Assembly: GCA_048772705.1 (NCBI GenBank)
Contig: JBLWGC010000036.1
Location: 186,001 to 250,000 of the forward strand
Length of the DNA stretch: 64,000 nt
Direction: 5' to 3'
DNA from: Leidyana gryllorum EB-2025a
Lineage: Eukaryota; Protista; Apicomplexa
In this document: positions 12,390 through 23,950 of the stretch, piece after piece
Layout of the letters: each line of letters begins with the position of its first letter
Position numbering within the stretch: position 1 is the stretch's first letter
Position numbers and translations under genes: made by a program
Notes under the pieces: model-generated
Seen by the model: only the letters and a program-made list of their open reading frames with translations
What the model was told of the DNA's origin: nothing
Database searches by the model: none

Positions 12390-12536
12390 TCACCCTGTCA
12401 TAGGAAAAGAGGCTCCACATCCCCTATGACATACTTATATTGCCAATATTGTATCATGCTTGTCAATGGGTAATCGTTTCTGAAAGATTGCGTTGTCGAT
12501 CGGTCTGCTCAGGGGGCTCTTTTGCTCGTAGACTAA

Positions 12537-15052
12537 TCAGAAATTAGCTCCACTGGTACTGAGGGTGGACCAAGGAAGCAACGCTCGGAGAAAAACCAAT
12601 GCAGCATTGCTGTTCACATTGAGAGTGCCTGTGCGCTGAGCAAAATCGCTCCACCACCTTTGCAAAGGTGTTCCCTCTGTGCTGCCCGTACTTCGCAAAT
12701 TGATTGCATTCGCTGTACCACTCGCTTCAGGGGCCGAGTTTAGGAGAACGGATGCGAGTACAGGTTTGCGCGCATCGAACTCGGAACTGCGCACCCCGGC
12801 GTATTGGACTGATATTGTGGGGAGCGCAAGAAATAGACCAACTTGTGCAGCCGTCCGGCAGAATGCTTGCGGGATGGTTGCAACCGGGTCTGATACGCCT
12901 AGACTCCTCATGTTGTGCGCTCGAACTTCAACACTTCCCAGCTTGCTTTCAAGCACCTGGAAGGTGTCAAGCATCTTGCAGGCTTGGCGCAGCCATGGTA
13001 GCAGCGGCAGCCACAATTCATGAGATTGCCTACAATAGGCGGCGACCAATTCTGAACGGCGGTTTTTGAAGAGGTCTGCCAATCCATTTGCTTCGGAGGC
13101 ACTCAGGGTGGGGAGGACAGACTTCAAATAGGCAGGTACATCTCCCGACGACTTCTTGTTCAACACGGCATACTGACGAATTTCCGACTGGAATGCCGGT
13201 TCTGAACGAAAGAGTGTGTGCCGGAGATCTGAAATTCTTGACTTACTGGCGCTCGAATCCACCACCTCCAGGAGAAGGGCGGGGAAGGCCGGGAATAACC
13301 AAATAGCTCTCATGAGGCTCAAGTGACAGTATTCGGTATTGAGTTGGCCATCCACTTTGCTCGAAGTCCATTCAGCAGCAGCGGGGGTCACAATGTCAGA
13401 GCTGTTGCAGTAGCAGTATGTTCGAGCGTCAAGTGTCGTAAAGCTGCGTTCAAACGAGTTCCGCATGAACGTCCAGAACTCAGCAGCTGTCACATTGGTC
13501 AAAGAGTCGCTGAAAGCCTTTTCGGTGGCGGTTCGGGGCGGCAGGGCTCTCAGAGCCCCCAGGGCCGCACTGAAGGCATACTGTGGGAAAGCAAAGTCCA
13601 ATCGCCAAGCGAATGGCACACTGGTGCAGTCGATGCGTAGATTGCGCTCCCCCATGAAGCCTGTGGCGTTCCCTTCCTGCTGATAACCCCAGGTCTCCGG
13701 AACGAACCGGTCTATGATAGTTAACAATTGGTCGGTTTCCCGCGCCCGAACTGCCGTGTCGGCGATGAACAGCAGGGCGTGTGAGACATCGTTAGATAGT
13801 GTCATGCACAGTAGTAACCGGAAAAGCTGATCATCAGTGTGTGACACCCGACTCATATTCTTACCGTCAAAGCAGTCGCCGGGCAGCCACGCTGAACCAA
13901 ACTCCAAGCATACATGTGCAACACTTTAATTAGTAGCAGATTACCCAAAGCCGGTGTCGCGAGAGCCGCCTTGACCTCCTCTCGACGCTCGCGATTGGCA
14001 AATTGCATTTCTCGTAAACTTTCAGTACGCAGATTCCAATCGACGTGCAGGTCATCTGCGATGGTGGCCAAGGCCGAAGCCACCTCCCGCTCGTCGATTC
14101 TGCTCAACATCATATGTGGTAAAGGGGGCTGGCAGTGGCCTCCAGCATTGTGCTGGTGAGGATTGAGCTTTGAGGGGTGGAAGTGGTAGGCCAGTGAGGT
14201 CTGCATAGCCCCAACAGCCTTCAGGATGTATTGAAAGGATGTCTCAAACTGATCCTGCTGAATGTAAGAATCAGCCAGGAACAGATTGGCCGAGGGGTGA
14301 AAGGGGTTGAGGTCGAACCGCGTGAACTCGTGCAGCATGTGTAAGTCTCCGCGAGCCACAATGTCTTCGAGCGGCTCAAAACTGCTCAAATATCGCTCAG
14401 TGGGGAAGATTCCCCATCGACCCTCACTGCCTTCAACGAGGCCCATAGTGAAATAGTTCTCTCCCCGAGGATCGAAATTGTCCCAGCGATGTCCAGCGGA
14501 GGCCTCCTCCCTCATCTTCAGCAGCTCGTTCTTGGGGCAGAGATACCCATGCCGCTGAGACACCATTGTTTTGAAGGCACGTTTCCGGGCACGTCTCTGT
14601 TGTACTTGGGATATCTTGGTCATCTCAACTTCCGGGTCAAAGCTGACCAGCTGGAAACTGAAGCACGTCCGCGCACTCGTGGTGGGACCGCCGTCCTCGG
14701 CGTTGTCCTCGCTCACTTCGTCTTCGAGTTGCTCGGATTCGACATTCTGCCCTTCTGCTGCACCCTCCTCGTTTACCCGCGCGACAATGTCAGCAGCGTC
14801 CTTGTCCAAGGCAGAGCGCGACTTGGTACCCGCACTGGGGACACTGCTCTGGTACGCCAGTACGACCTCTGGCTCACCATCGCTCTTGGACTCCTCATGC
14901 TCGACCTCGTCCTCGCCGTCGGCTTCTGAGTCACTAATAGCGAAAGGGTTTCTATGTGCTTGTACGCTACTAGCTTCTGATGCCTCACTGTCGCTCTCAG
15001 CGGCCTCCAAAACTTGGCCCTTACGGAGCAGTTTAACTTGGCGCGAAGCCAT
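12537..15052 (-). CDS. TCF25: TCF25 / Rqc1 ribosome quality-control protein
   Basis: Acidic N-terminus, then NPFHPSANLFLAD, HMYAWSLVQRGCPATAL, LLFIADTAVRA and FPQYAFSAALG, which follow TCF25/Rqc1 conserved blocks. Two large exons. Confidence 0.78.
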
Positions 15053-15089
15053 GAGGCTCTTTTTTCAACACAGCATGCATGTGTTCCAC

Positions 15090-16907
15090 ATGTCCGCCTT
15101 GCTTATATATGGATTCGTCGCCAGCGTTCTGCTTCGAACCGCTGGGGCAACAAACACCACCACAACCGTGACTGGTGAACGTGTGGTATTCAAAGAGCCT
15201 TCAGATTCAGTACACCGAGCCACCCCTGTACGCCATAGCAAAATCCCCCGGCCTGTCAACACCCACTCAGCTCGGCCACGCACGAAACTCCCCCAAAGCT
15301 CTGATTCACTCAGCGAGAGAGGGACTGGGGGAGTCATTGGACCTTCCAACGGGGACCTCGATGAAGTTGCTCAGACTGTCACACCCCACAGTGGGACGCT
15401 AAAAGGCACCGCATCTCTCACTTTCAGCACCTTCCCCAAATCCTGGGAAACCCCGCTCTCAAAACGCGACCATTTGCCCCTTGCACCGGCGGTCCGGGGA
15501 AGCTTAGCAAAACCCTTGTCACGACTAGCGCAGTCAGCATATCAAGCCATTGAAGCTGTTCCTCTCAGCCACGCTGTTCCCAAAATCGAGCCGACCGGTA
15601 GCGATGAAACTCCTGAAGAGTCGTCGGAGGACACCAAACCGGCTGACGACCCGTTCGAAGTTAAGGATGTTAGCGGATTCGTTGGGCACACTACAAAATG
15701 GTACCTTAACAAAGCCACAGAGAGGACAACCGTACCTTATGAAATAACACCTGAGGCAGCCGCCGACTTTGCACAGAAACAGAAAGTTGGATCTTTTGAC
15801 ACATACAATTTCCCTGGCTTCCCAGAATGGAAAGCTGTTTCCAGCTTCGCAAGTCTAATATCGAGGCTGGAACCGGTCGCTCAAGATCTCTCAGGGCCAG
15901 ACGACAGAGAAATCAGAAGTATTCCTGTGAATTACTGGGCAATCTTTCAGGCGTATCGCAAAACCTATGTGGATCATCAACATGCCGAATCCTTCATGCT
16001 TGGTAGGGAGATCACCGTATCCAAGTCCCGATCGAAGTTTGTTGTCCGGGGAAAGCGCTTCCAGCCAGCCCTGGTCAAAGACTTCATGCGGCTTGCGACC
16101 TTCCTCTCAGACGGAGGCCCCCGCTTTCAGCTGCTACTCACATGGGTCGATCTCGCGGTCATGAGTATGATACGCAAGCTCCAGGCGGAAACATTGGTAG
16201 CGAACAAAGATATGAGGAAGACTTCAATCAATATTTCGCCAGATGCATTACCCCGCTACACCCTGGGGTACACCTACTTGTTGCCCTTCACGGACAAAGT
16301 CAGCATTTGGTATACAAAGCTGCTAAACACACTCCCAGCGAAACTGGCAAAGCGACGCACAGTCGTGACTGGGTCAAGCTACAGTAAGTCAGAAAGTTGA
16401 TTGCAAATCCCATCTGTCTCAGTTTGTGATTCTGATCGCATCATACACACGTGGAAGGTCTATCCGTCTGGACAAGCCAACAATATCAAGCTCTCTGGAC
16501 TGGCCAAACATCTGAACGAGAAAGCCATGGTCCAATTATTCATTCTCAATTGCATCAGTCCACTCGCCCGCCATGAAGCCCATCAAATACTCATCAGCGA
16601 AATCGCCGCACTCCTCGGTGCTGGCATGAGAAGGACGGAAAATTGGGTACAACAACTTCAACCTCACTTCGACCCATTACCGGTGGATGGTGGGAACATT
16701 TGGCACTTCCTCGTCTGGACTGTCGCAACCAAAGATGGCATTAGGTGGAAGAACAAATTAGCAGAAAAGCTGTACTCCACAGTTCAATTGACCAACTGTT
16801 ATTTGAATTACAAGCTGAGAGATCGGGAAGGTGAACGGGCCAAAATGCCTTGTATGCCGCCGGAGGAGAGGCCGGACGAAGCGGCATCAGTTGACAATGC
16901 CCATTGA
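15090..16907 (+). CDS. Secreted protein of unknown function
   Basis: Signal-peptide-like MSALLIYGFVASVLLRTAGA (alternative ATG 15075), Ser/Thr/Pro-rich stalk, globular C-terminal half. An intron near 16384 joins to ORF 16401-16907. Confidence 0.65.
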
Positions 16908-16977
16908 TGTGAACAAAACCCGGTTGGGTTTTGTCAGCACACACCACACGTGTGTGTAAGAAGGAAGGGAGACAACG

Positions 16978-17800
16978 ATGGCTAGCGTTGAAGACGTGCG
17001 AAGGCACTACGAAAGGAAGATAGAGGAGGTTAAAAGGATGTACAAATTATTGGTGAGCTGATGGAGGTCCGCTTGTGACTACTGCAGAGCACAGAATGAA
17101 GAATTACTCCGTGAGAATCTGCGTTACCGAAGAAAACTGAGAACCATTCAAGATGCTCTCATGCTTCGAAACCATAATATAATAGCCAGGGAAGTTCTGA
17201 CAGATCATGTAGCCAGCAAAAGGCCCCCTTTCGTTCCGAAACTCCCTCCTGTTGAAGAATTGCGATTTGCTCCTTCCTGCACTTCTTTTCATACGGCTGC
17301 TGACTTATGCAACTCTCCCGACGCAGAGCCCGCAAACGAGGTTGAAGCTAATTTAAATGAAGCCGACGACGACTCAGCAGCCAAACGCTCGTCAGTCGGC
17401 TCCACGTCAACAAATGAAGGCGAGCATAAGGAACCTCCCTCATCGCCTCCTCCAGATCGTTACATGGAGGCCGTCCCATCCATCACAACACCCCGTCCAA
17501 CATTACCCGGCGACATGATGGCAGAGGACGAGCCTTATGTAGACATCGGAGGAAGTGCCCAAGTATGCGGACGCAAGCGTATGATGTCACCAAACTCATA
17601 CTCTTGCAATGTTACATCACGAGATCTCAGACCTCGAACTCATTTTGTTCGATACCAGCCAATCTCCCTCAGGTATTTCGCCAACCCCTTGCTTCCCATA
17701 GAGTCCCGCTTTCAGAACCAAACTACGACGCACGACGGCCAAACAGCAATTCGACCCCTTTGCCCTCTGTCGCTGGGATTGTCAACAGATAATACGTTAG
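16978..17800 (+). CDS. SGO1: Shugoshin-like protein
   Basis: N-terminal coiled coil (..KRMYKLL|NEELLRENLRYRRKL), disordered middle. Removing intron 17673-17715 gives VRYQPISLRTKLRR..DPF (SGO motif); stop at 17798-17800. Confidence 0.68.
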
Positions 17801-17830
17801 TGAAAACAAACAGAGCTAACAGTCGATCTA

Positions 17831-18385
17831 TCACTTGGTGCCGCTCTTGCGGTGGCATTCCGCTAAGCACGGCGAGTCCGGATTCTTGACAAAATACTTC
17901 TGATGGTAGTCCTCCGCTTCCCAGAACGTTGAGGCAGGACTGACTTTGGTCGCTACTTTCTTCTTGTTGGCAGTCTCCCACTCCGCGATCTTTTTCTCAG
18001 CGACAGCCTTCTGTGCGTCGCTGTGGTAGAAGATCTCCGTGCGATACTGAGATCCGATGTCCACCCCTTGTCGGTTTAGTTGAGTTGGATCGTGCATCTC
18101 GAAGAACTCATCGATGATGGCATCATAAGAGACTTGTTCGGGGTCGAATTCCACCTCACAGACTTCAGCGTGACCAGTCACATCTTTTTTGACTTCGGGG
18201 TAGGTCGGATGGTCAACATGACCGCCCATATATCCTACTCTGGTTGCAATAACACCCGGTGTAGTGCGAAACCACTCCTCAGTACCCCAGAAGCAGCCAG
18301 CTGCAAGCGTTGCAACTTCCTTGCCCATGGTTGGTGTTATGAAACACAATAGAGTGATGAGAGTTAGAAATATTGGTACCTCCAT
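17831..18385 (-). CDS. msrA: Peptide methionine sulfoxide reductase A
   Basis: GCFWG active site, GYMGG, TGHAE, HDPTQLNRQG.DIGSQYR and AEDYHQKY. Intronless. Confidence 0.96.
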   Translation of the reverse strand: MEVPIFLTLITLLCFITPTMGKEVATLAAGCFWGTEEWFRTTPGVIATRVGYMGGHVDHPTYPEVKKDVTGHAEVCEVEFDPEQVSYDAIIDEFFEMHDPTQLNRQGVDIGSQYRTEIFYHSDAQKAVAEKKIAEWETANKKKVATKVSPASTFWEAEDYHQKYFVKNPDSPCLAECHRKSGTK

Positions 18386-18480
18386 TTGTAATTGTGACCC
18401 AAAATGGACTCAACGTCGGTCGATACCTTGTAGAGGGTTGTTGGTACTTAGAGAGGCAGTGCTAGCGAAAATGGTGATTT

Positions 18481-21400
18481 ATGAAATTTGGTGTCAAACT
18501 TGAGACTTATGCCATTCCGGAGTGGTCTGACAAATATGTGCGATACAATGACTTGAAGAAGTTCCTCAAGCGTCAGAAAGCGAAGATTGAAGCGGCTACG
18601 GCGGGTGGATCTCGTAATGGTCTCGTGTCGGGAGTGTGGTGGCGTCGAGAGGAGAGTTCCGGGTGCGAGCAAGGTGAGTTTGGCGGAGGGGTTATGAGAC
18701 TGATGCAGCTGTGCGCGAGACGGCTTGCGAGAATTTCTCACAATTGCTGGAGGAGGAAGTAGCGAAAGTGGAAGAACACTTTGTATTCGAGTCGGCGTAA
18801 GGAACGTGATCTCTGTAAGTATCAATGAAGTAACAGTTTCTTAGATGATCGTCTGGCGGGCGTCAGTGCCGAGTTGAACATGCTTGATGTTGACACAGGG
18901 GAGCGTCACGGTTACTCTCGAAAGAAAGTGAGATCACAGGATATTTTGTTGTGGATGTCGACGCTTGCAGGAAAGGGCCAAAGAGGCCCATCTTATTCGA
19001 TTACAGCGAGCCATTGTGGCTCTATGGGATTGTTACGAGAAGCTGGACGGGTATGCACAATTGAACAACATGGCGGTGTACAAGATCCTCAAGAAGCGTG
19101 ACAAGGAGCTGAAAGTCAACAGGATGCAGCAGGATATGAAAATGTATCAGATTCGCTTTCTGGAGTTGAAACGACGCATTGATGTCAACGTAAGGGCTCT
19201 GCTGCTGGTTCTCGCAAAACATCGTCTCACTCCCTCCTCAGACGAAGATGAAGAAGCTGTATCTCCGAGCGTCTAATTCAGAAGAAGACTTTGATGGAAT
19301 GGAAATGTTGTCGGCGGCGGTTCAACGTCACTTCATGAATCAAGTGAGTAGCGGTTATCACGAATCTGCAGCACTTTGCCTCAGAATCGCCCGTCGGTCA
19401 CGTGGGTGGCCTTCTTTCTCGGCGTGTGTCTGATGTTACTGATCGACATGGCTGTTTGTGCCTTTGTTCCTGCGACTAATCCAGCCTATACTGCCGAGGC
19501 GATAGAGGCTGTGTTTCCGATTTACCGCCTGATTCTGATGGGTATTTTGCTGATCTGGGGACTTGCTTTTGATGTCTATGTGTTTGAGATCTTTGGCATC
19601 AATTATAAGTGAGGTTGTTAGGCTCCCCGACTCATGGATACCTCGGACTTTCCATCAGGTTTCTCTTGGATATCGACCCGCGGTCGGACCTCAAAGCTAC
19701 CCAACTGTTCATCACCGCGTCCAAATGCACAGCTTTCTGGATATTCGGCTTTGGCTTTATGTTCGTTGACTATCGTTTCGGTCTTGTCGGCGTACATGAT
19801 CGATACTGGATCCATCCGATTATCCAGATAGCGGGTCAGCTGCTGCTGTTTGTCAGCGGTAAACACGCCAAATTGAAACGTCAAATAGGGATGAATCTGT
19901 GGATAACAATGAAATGCGGCCTTCTTTTCATCCCGCATTTGACTCTGACACTGAATCTGATCGGTGATATCCTGACATCGTTGGCAAAGCCATTAGGTGA
20001 CCTGGAATACGCAGTGTGCTTTTACAGGTGTGTGTGTGTTTCTGATGGCCAGGTGTCAACTAATTTGTCTGTCTCCTCAGCACGGGGTTATGGCACGAGC
20101 AAGTGGCACATTGCTCTGCCGACCGATGGGCGGTTCCGCTGATGACTGCTATCCCTTTCTGGATTCGTTTCATGCAGTGTTTCAGCCGATATCGAGAAGG
20201 AGGGCCACGGAGAGCGGTACACATCGGGAATATGGGCAAGTATCTCATGTCCCTGGTGGTGGTCATTGCCACGAGTTCCAGCTGGGCCTCGCTGGATCTG
20301 TCGGTTTATGCGAAGAAACTGATCTTCGTTTTCTTTTACCTCGTCGCGTCGTTGTATAGCATGACGTGGGACTTTGTCTTTGATTGGGGTCTGGTTCCTG
20401 ATGCCGACAACTTTCTGAGGTGAGAGTGATTTGATGTCGGTGGTTTGAAATCACTCTTCCATCCATCCATACGACAGAGCGGAGCACAGCAGAATGTATC
20501 CGGAGTGGATTTACTACGCTATCGCGATGCTCAACTTGTTAGGCCGTCTGACTTGGGCTTTGACTCTGATCCCAATTGGTATCTCTGGTGATCAGGTTCT
20601 GAACATAACGCTGATTTATCTGGCGTTGGCAACCATAGAGATCACGCGTCGTTGTGGAGTAAGTGTGGCAAGTGTCTGATGCCTCTCACTCGCTCACAGT
20701 GGATCTTGTTGCGACTGGAGAATGAGCACATTACCAATAGCTCGCGGTACCGAGCGATGCTTTGGGTTCCCAGATTGACACTCGATTTCAACGACTCCCT
20801 TCCGGCTCTGGTGAACGATCGAGCATTGAATGAGGAGAGCTGGGCGCGGATTGCAGAGAAGAATCTGGGGCAAATAATCGACGAGGCTGAGAATGCCGCC
20901 ACAATGGATGATGACACGAGCAGTGCTCTGCGAGGACCAGAAACTGTAACGGATGGGCAGAACTCGGTTGCCACCCCAATGCTGATTAAGCGAGCGCAGC
21001 ATAGACTCTCTCGCAAGAAGCGATCGCGCAATCTGAACTTTTTGACTCTGGCAGCAGCCGCAAAGCGTCACATCAAGCGAGCGAACGCTGGCGGGCGTCG
21101 AGGTTCCCAAGCTTCTTCACGATCAGGGAGCTTTGGGTTGAGGCGGTGGAGACAGGGCAGTTTCAACAGTGTTGAATCCAGCGAAGAGAGTGTGGGCTTG
21201 GGTAAACGCCAGCTGTCACATGCCCAACGGGAGCCGCCTCTTCCGTTCGACCCGGTGGGCGGAATAAGTGGTGAACTTCGGGTGCTCGATGAAGACGGGC
21301 CTCTTGGCTACAGAGGAGGCATCGACCGACGTTTGCTGTCGCCAGCGGATCTGAGCGCAGTGTCGAGCCCTGGTGGTGTGATCATAATAAGTCGCAGTCG

Positions 21401-21587
21401 TCAGCATGTGGTGGCAACGGACGCCTGTGTGGATGACATGCAACAAGACATACTCAGTACTCGACAAATGGGTGGGGACTCGCTGGCGTCTGATACTGTA
21501 ACTTCTCCCAATTTTACAGAGGCCTCACTGACTCCCATACCCGACATTCGAGAGAACGGACTGCAACGATTGGGTAGAAGTCCATAG
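18481..21587 (+). CDS. SPX-EXS domain protein (XPR1/SYG1/PHO1 phosphate exporter family)
   Basis: SPX start MKFG..PEW..KY..Y..LKK and LN..AVYKILKK.DK. EXS motifs GDILTSL, PFWIRFMQC, WDFVFDWGL, R.TW and RLENEH. Long low-complexity tail. Confidence 0.92.
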
Positions 21588-21631
21588 TTAAGTGGGATTT
21601 GGATGTGTGTGCTATTCTAGTCTCTGCATCT

Positions 21632-23920
21632 CTCTATTCGTACAAGCGAACTGGGGCCGTGCTGTCCCACAAAGTGCGATACAAATCCACGTAGGGCCTA
21701 CTGGCCGAGACCTTGTAGGGCGTGGGATGCACCAAACGAAAATGGTCGGCGCGGAAACTCTTGAGGGAGTTTAAGCACGTTTTCCGGCATTGCTGGGGGG
21801 AGAAGAAGATTAATGGGCGGACGGGCGGTTGAATTGATACTCACCACCAGATACTGCAGGTGACTCTTGCCGTCATATATGCGTAGCTCGGTCATGTCTC
21901 TCTCGGTCTCACACTGATCAGAGGGTGCCGAACCGCTGGAATAATCTGTTATATGTTCGGAGTCGAGTATTTCGGGGGGCAGGAAGTTCTCCTCCGTGCA
22001 TCTACGCGCGGGTAACCCCCCGGCTCGCTGAGTCGCGGTGGCTGGTGATTTGGCGCTCTCAGTAGCGGATACAACGCTACTCGAAGGTCCCAGAATATGG
22101 CGTGTCGCTCGACCGTTCCGCCAGATACAACGCAACAAGCGCTCAACTCGCGCTGGACGGACGAAGCACCTCTTGGTGTCGTCCGTTATGTGTTGGCAAT
22201 ACACCTTGTCACCTGGCTCGGGTGCGTTCTGGCCGGCCAGTTCGATCAAGTCTAGTATAGGCGTCTCTTCTTTGTCGTACAATCGATAGATTTCCTTGCG
22301 ACAGGGCAGGGTCGTCTTTGAGATCTCGGCTGATATCTTCATTACCGGCTCTCCGTTAATCTCACACAACTTGTACACCATTCCCAACGCAGGTTGACTA
22401 TAGCAGGTCACCAAATGGGTGCCGATTCCGTAAGTGTCTATCGCATGCTCCTACGACCGGAAATATTGATGAGGGCGAAGATTGATGAAGGGAAAGCCCT
22501 GAGGGACAGAGAAAGGACTTACTTGTTGTTGCAAAGCGTGTAACACTGTTTCATTAATATTGTTCGAGGCCACAATTTTACAGGGCCGGAGGTCTTTGCC
22601 CATCTGCACCGAAATTGCGCCAACAACGAAAGACAAACTCACCAAATCTCCCATTGTATCAATGGTTTCGCGGGCGATAGTGGAGAGGTAAGCCAGATCA
22701 CCCGAGTCCAGGCGAATCCCTCCTGGCGAATACCCCCACTCTAATAAGGCAAGACTAACAAAGCAGAAGTTGGGAACTCCTGACACCATTACATCATACG
22801 TATCTACAAGCGCCAGGAAGGTATTCGGGAAGGCTTGCGCATATGCAATGAAAGCTGCAAGTTCTCCTTCATGACAGGACAGACATTTCGGATATTTTTG
22901 GATCAGCTCCTTCTTAATCTCCAACACGCGGTCCGCGAAAGAAATCTTGGGCGGTTCTACATGAGCCCCAGCTGCAGGCTCGAGATTCTTGTCATGAAGA
23001 TCCGAAAGATCTTTGAATGCCGTCACATAGGCATGAGCGTGCGTTCCTCGACACGGAAGACCGAAGAGGAAGGAAGCACGGACATTAGAGGTCGCGTCAA
23101 AGCCTCCAACAAAGGAATATCGGGACGCCGACATCCCTCCATCTGGACCCTGAGCTCGACGCAAACCGAATTCCAAGAGATTCTTGTCAAAGCCAGCAGC
23201 GATGCGGTATCTTGCGGCATTAGTTGCCATTAACGATGCAAAGTTCAACAGAGTCAAGACCGTTGTCTCCAAGAGTTGACATAATGCCACGGGACCTTCT
23301 ATACGTAAGAGTGGCTCGCGCGGGAATACCAGAGAGCCCTCCTTGATGGCTGAAAAGCGCGAGCACACACGTCAGAGTGCGAATTAGAAACAAACACGTA
23401 CCGTGAACAGTCAAGGCTGAGCAGTCCACCGTTCTCAGCCAGTCAAAAAATGCTGCATCACAGGTTGGCATAACCTCTCTGTTCGGCGGGGCAAAAAGAC
23501 GTTGATGTCGTTGCCAATGGCAGACGCGCCCTTACCGGAGGAAATGAATCTGAGCCTCGTCGAAACGAAAGGTGTTGATGAATCGGACAACATCATTGAC
23601 ACCACCAAGGACGGTGAATTCTCCCTTGAAAGGGTTTGTGCGGAAGAACACCTCGAAGACACTTGGCTGTTCGTGTTTGCCCGATTTCCAATAAGAGTAT
23701 GCCATGGTGATCTGATAGAAATCGGTCAAGGTAGCTTGAGTGTCCTGATTCCAAGGGATGCCGACGCGCTCATCGAGTTGGAATCGCTCCAGAAACTTGA
23801 GCTCTTGGCCTCTCTGATAAATCTCCAACTCAGCTTTCCTGTGAGGGGGCAAATACCAGCAGAGTGCTAGTCTTACTTGTACGCCTTCACATCTTCGGGG
23901 GCTTCCAGGCCTGGACGCAT
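21632..23920 (-). CDS. NAPRT: Nicotinate phosphoribosyltransferase
   Basis: LTDFYQITMAY, EFGLRRAQGPDGG, GTHAHA, LVDTYD, GIRLDSGDL, QPALGMVYKL and terminal PTPYKVS..LW..AP. Confidence 0.95.
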
Positions 23921-23950
23921 CGTGAGGCAAAAAAAAAGCGGCTTTAGGAA

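Noticed and set aside
14571-15074. N-terminal part of the 609-aa + strand ORF
   Set aside because: Antisense shadow of the TCF25 CDS; the real gene starts at the signal peptide near 15075-15090.
17801-17889. Apparent overlap of ORF 17161-17889 with MsrA
   Set aside because: It disappears once intron 17673-17715 is removed, giving a stop at 17800.
3171-23920. Nicotinamidase plus NAPRT NAD-salvage cluster
   Set aside because: The hydrolase has ISOC-type motifs (TEQ.P..LG.T, EAHIC) rather than PncA metal-binding motifs, and the genes are about 17 kb apart.
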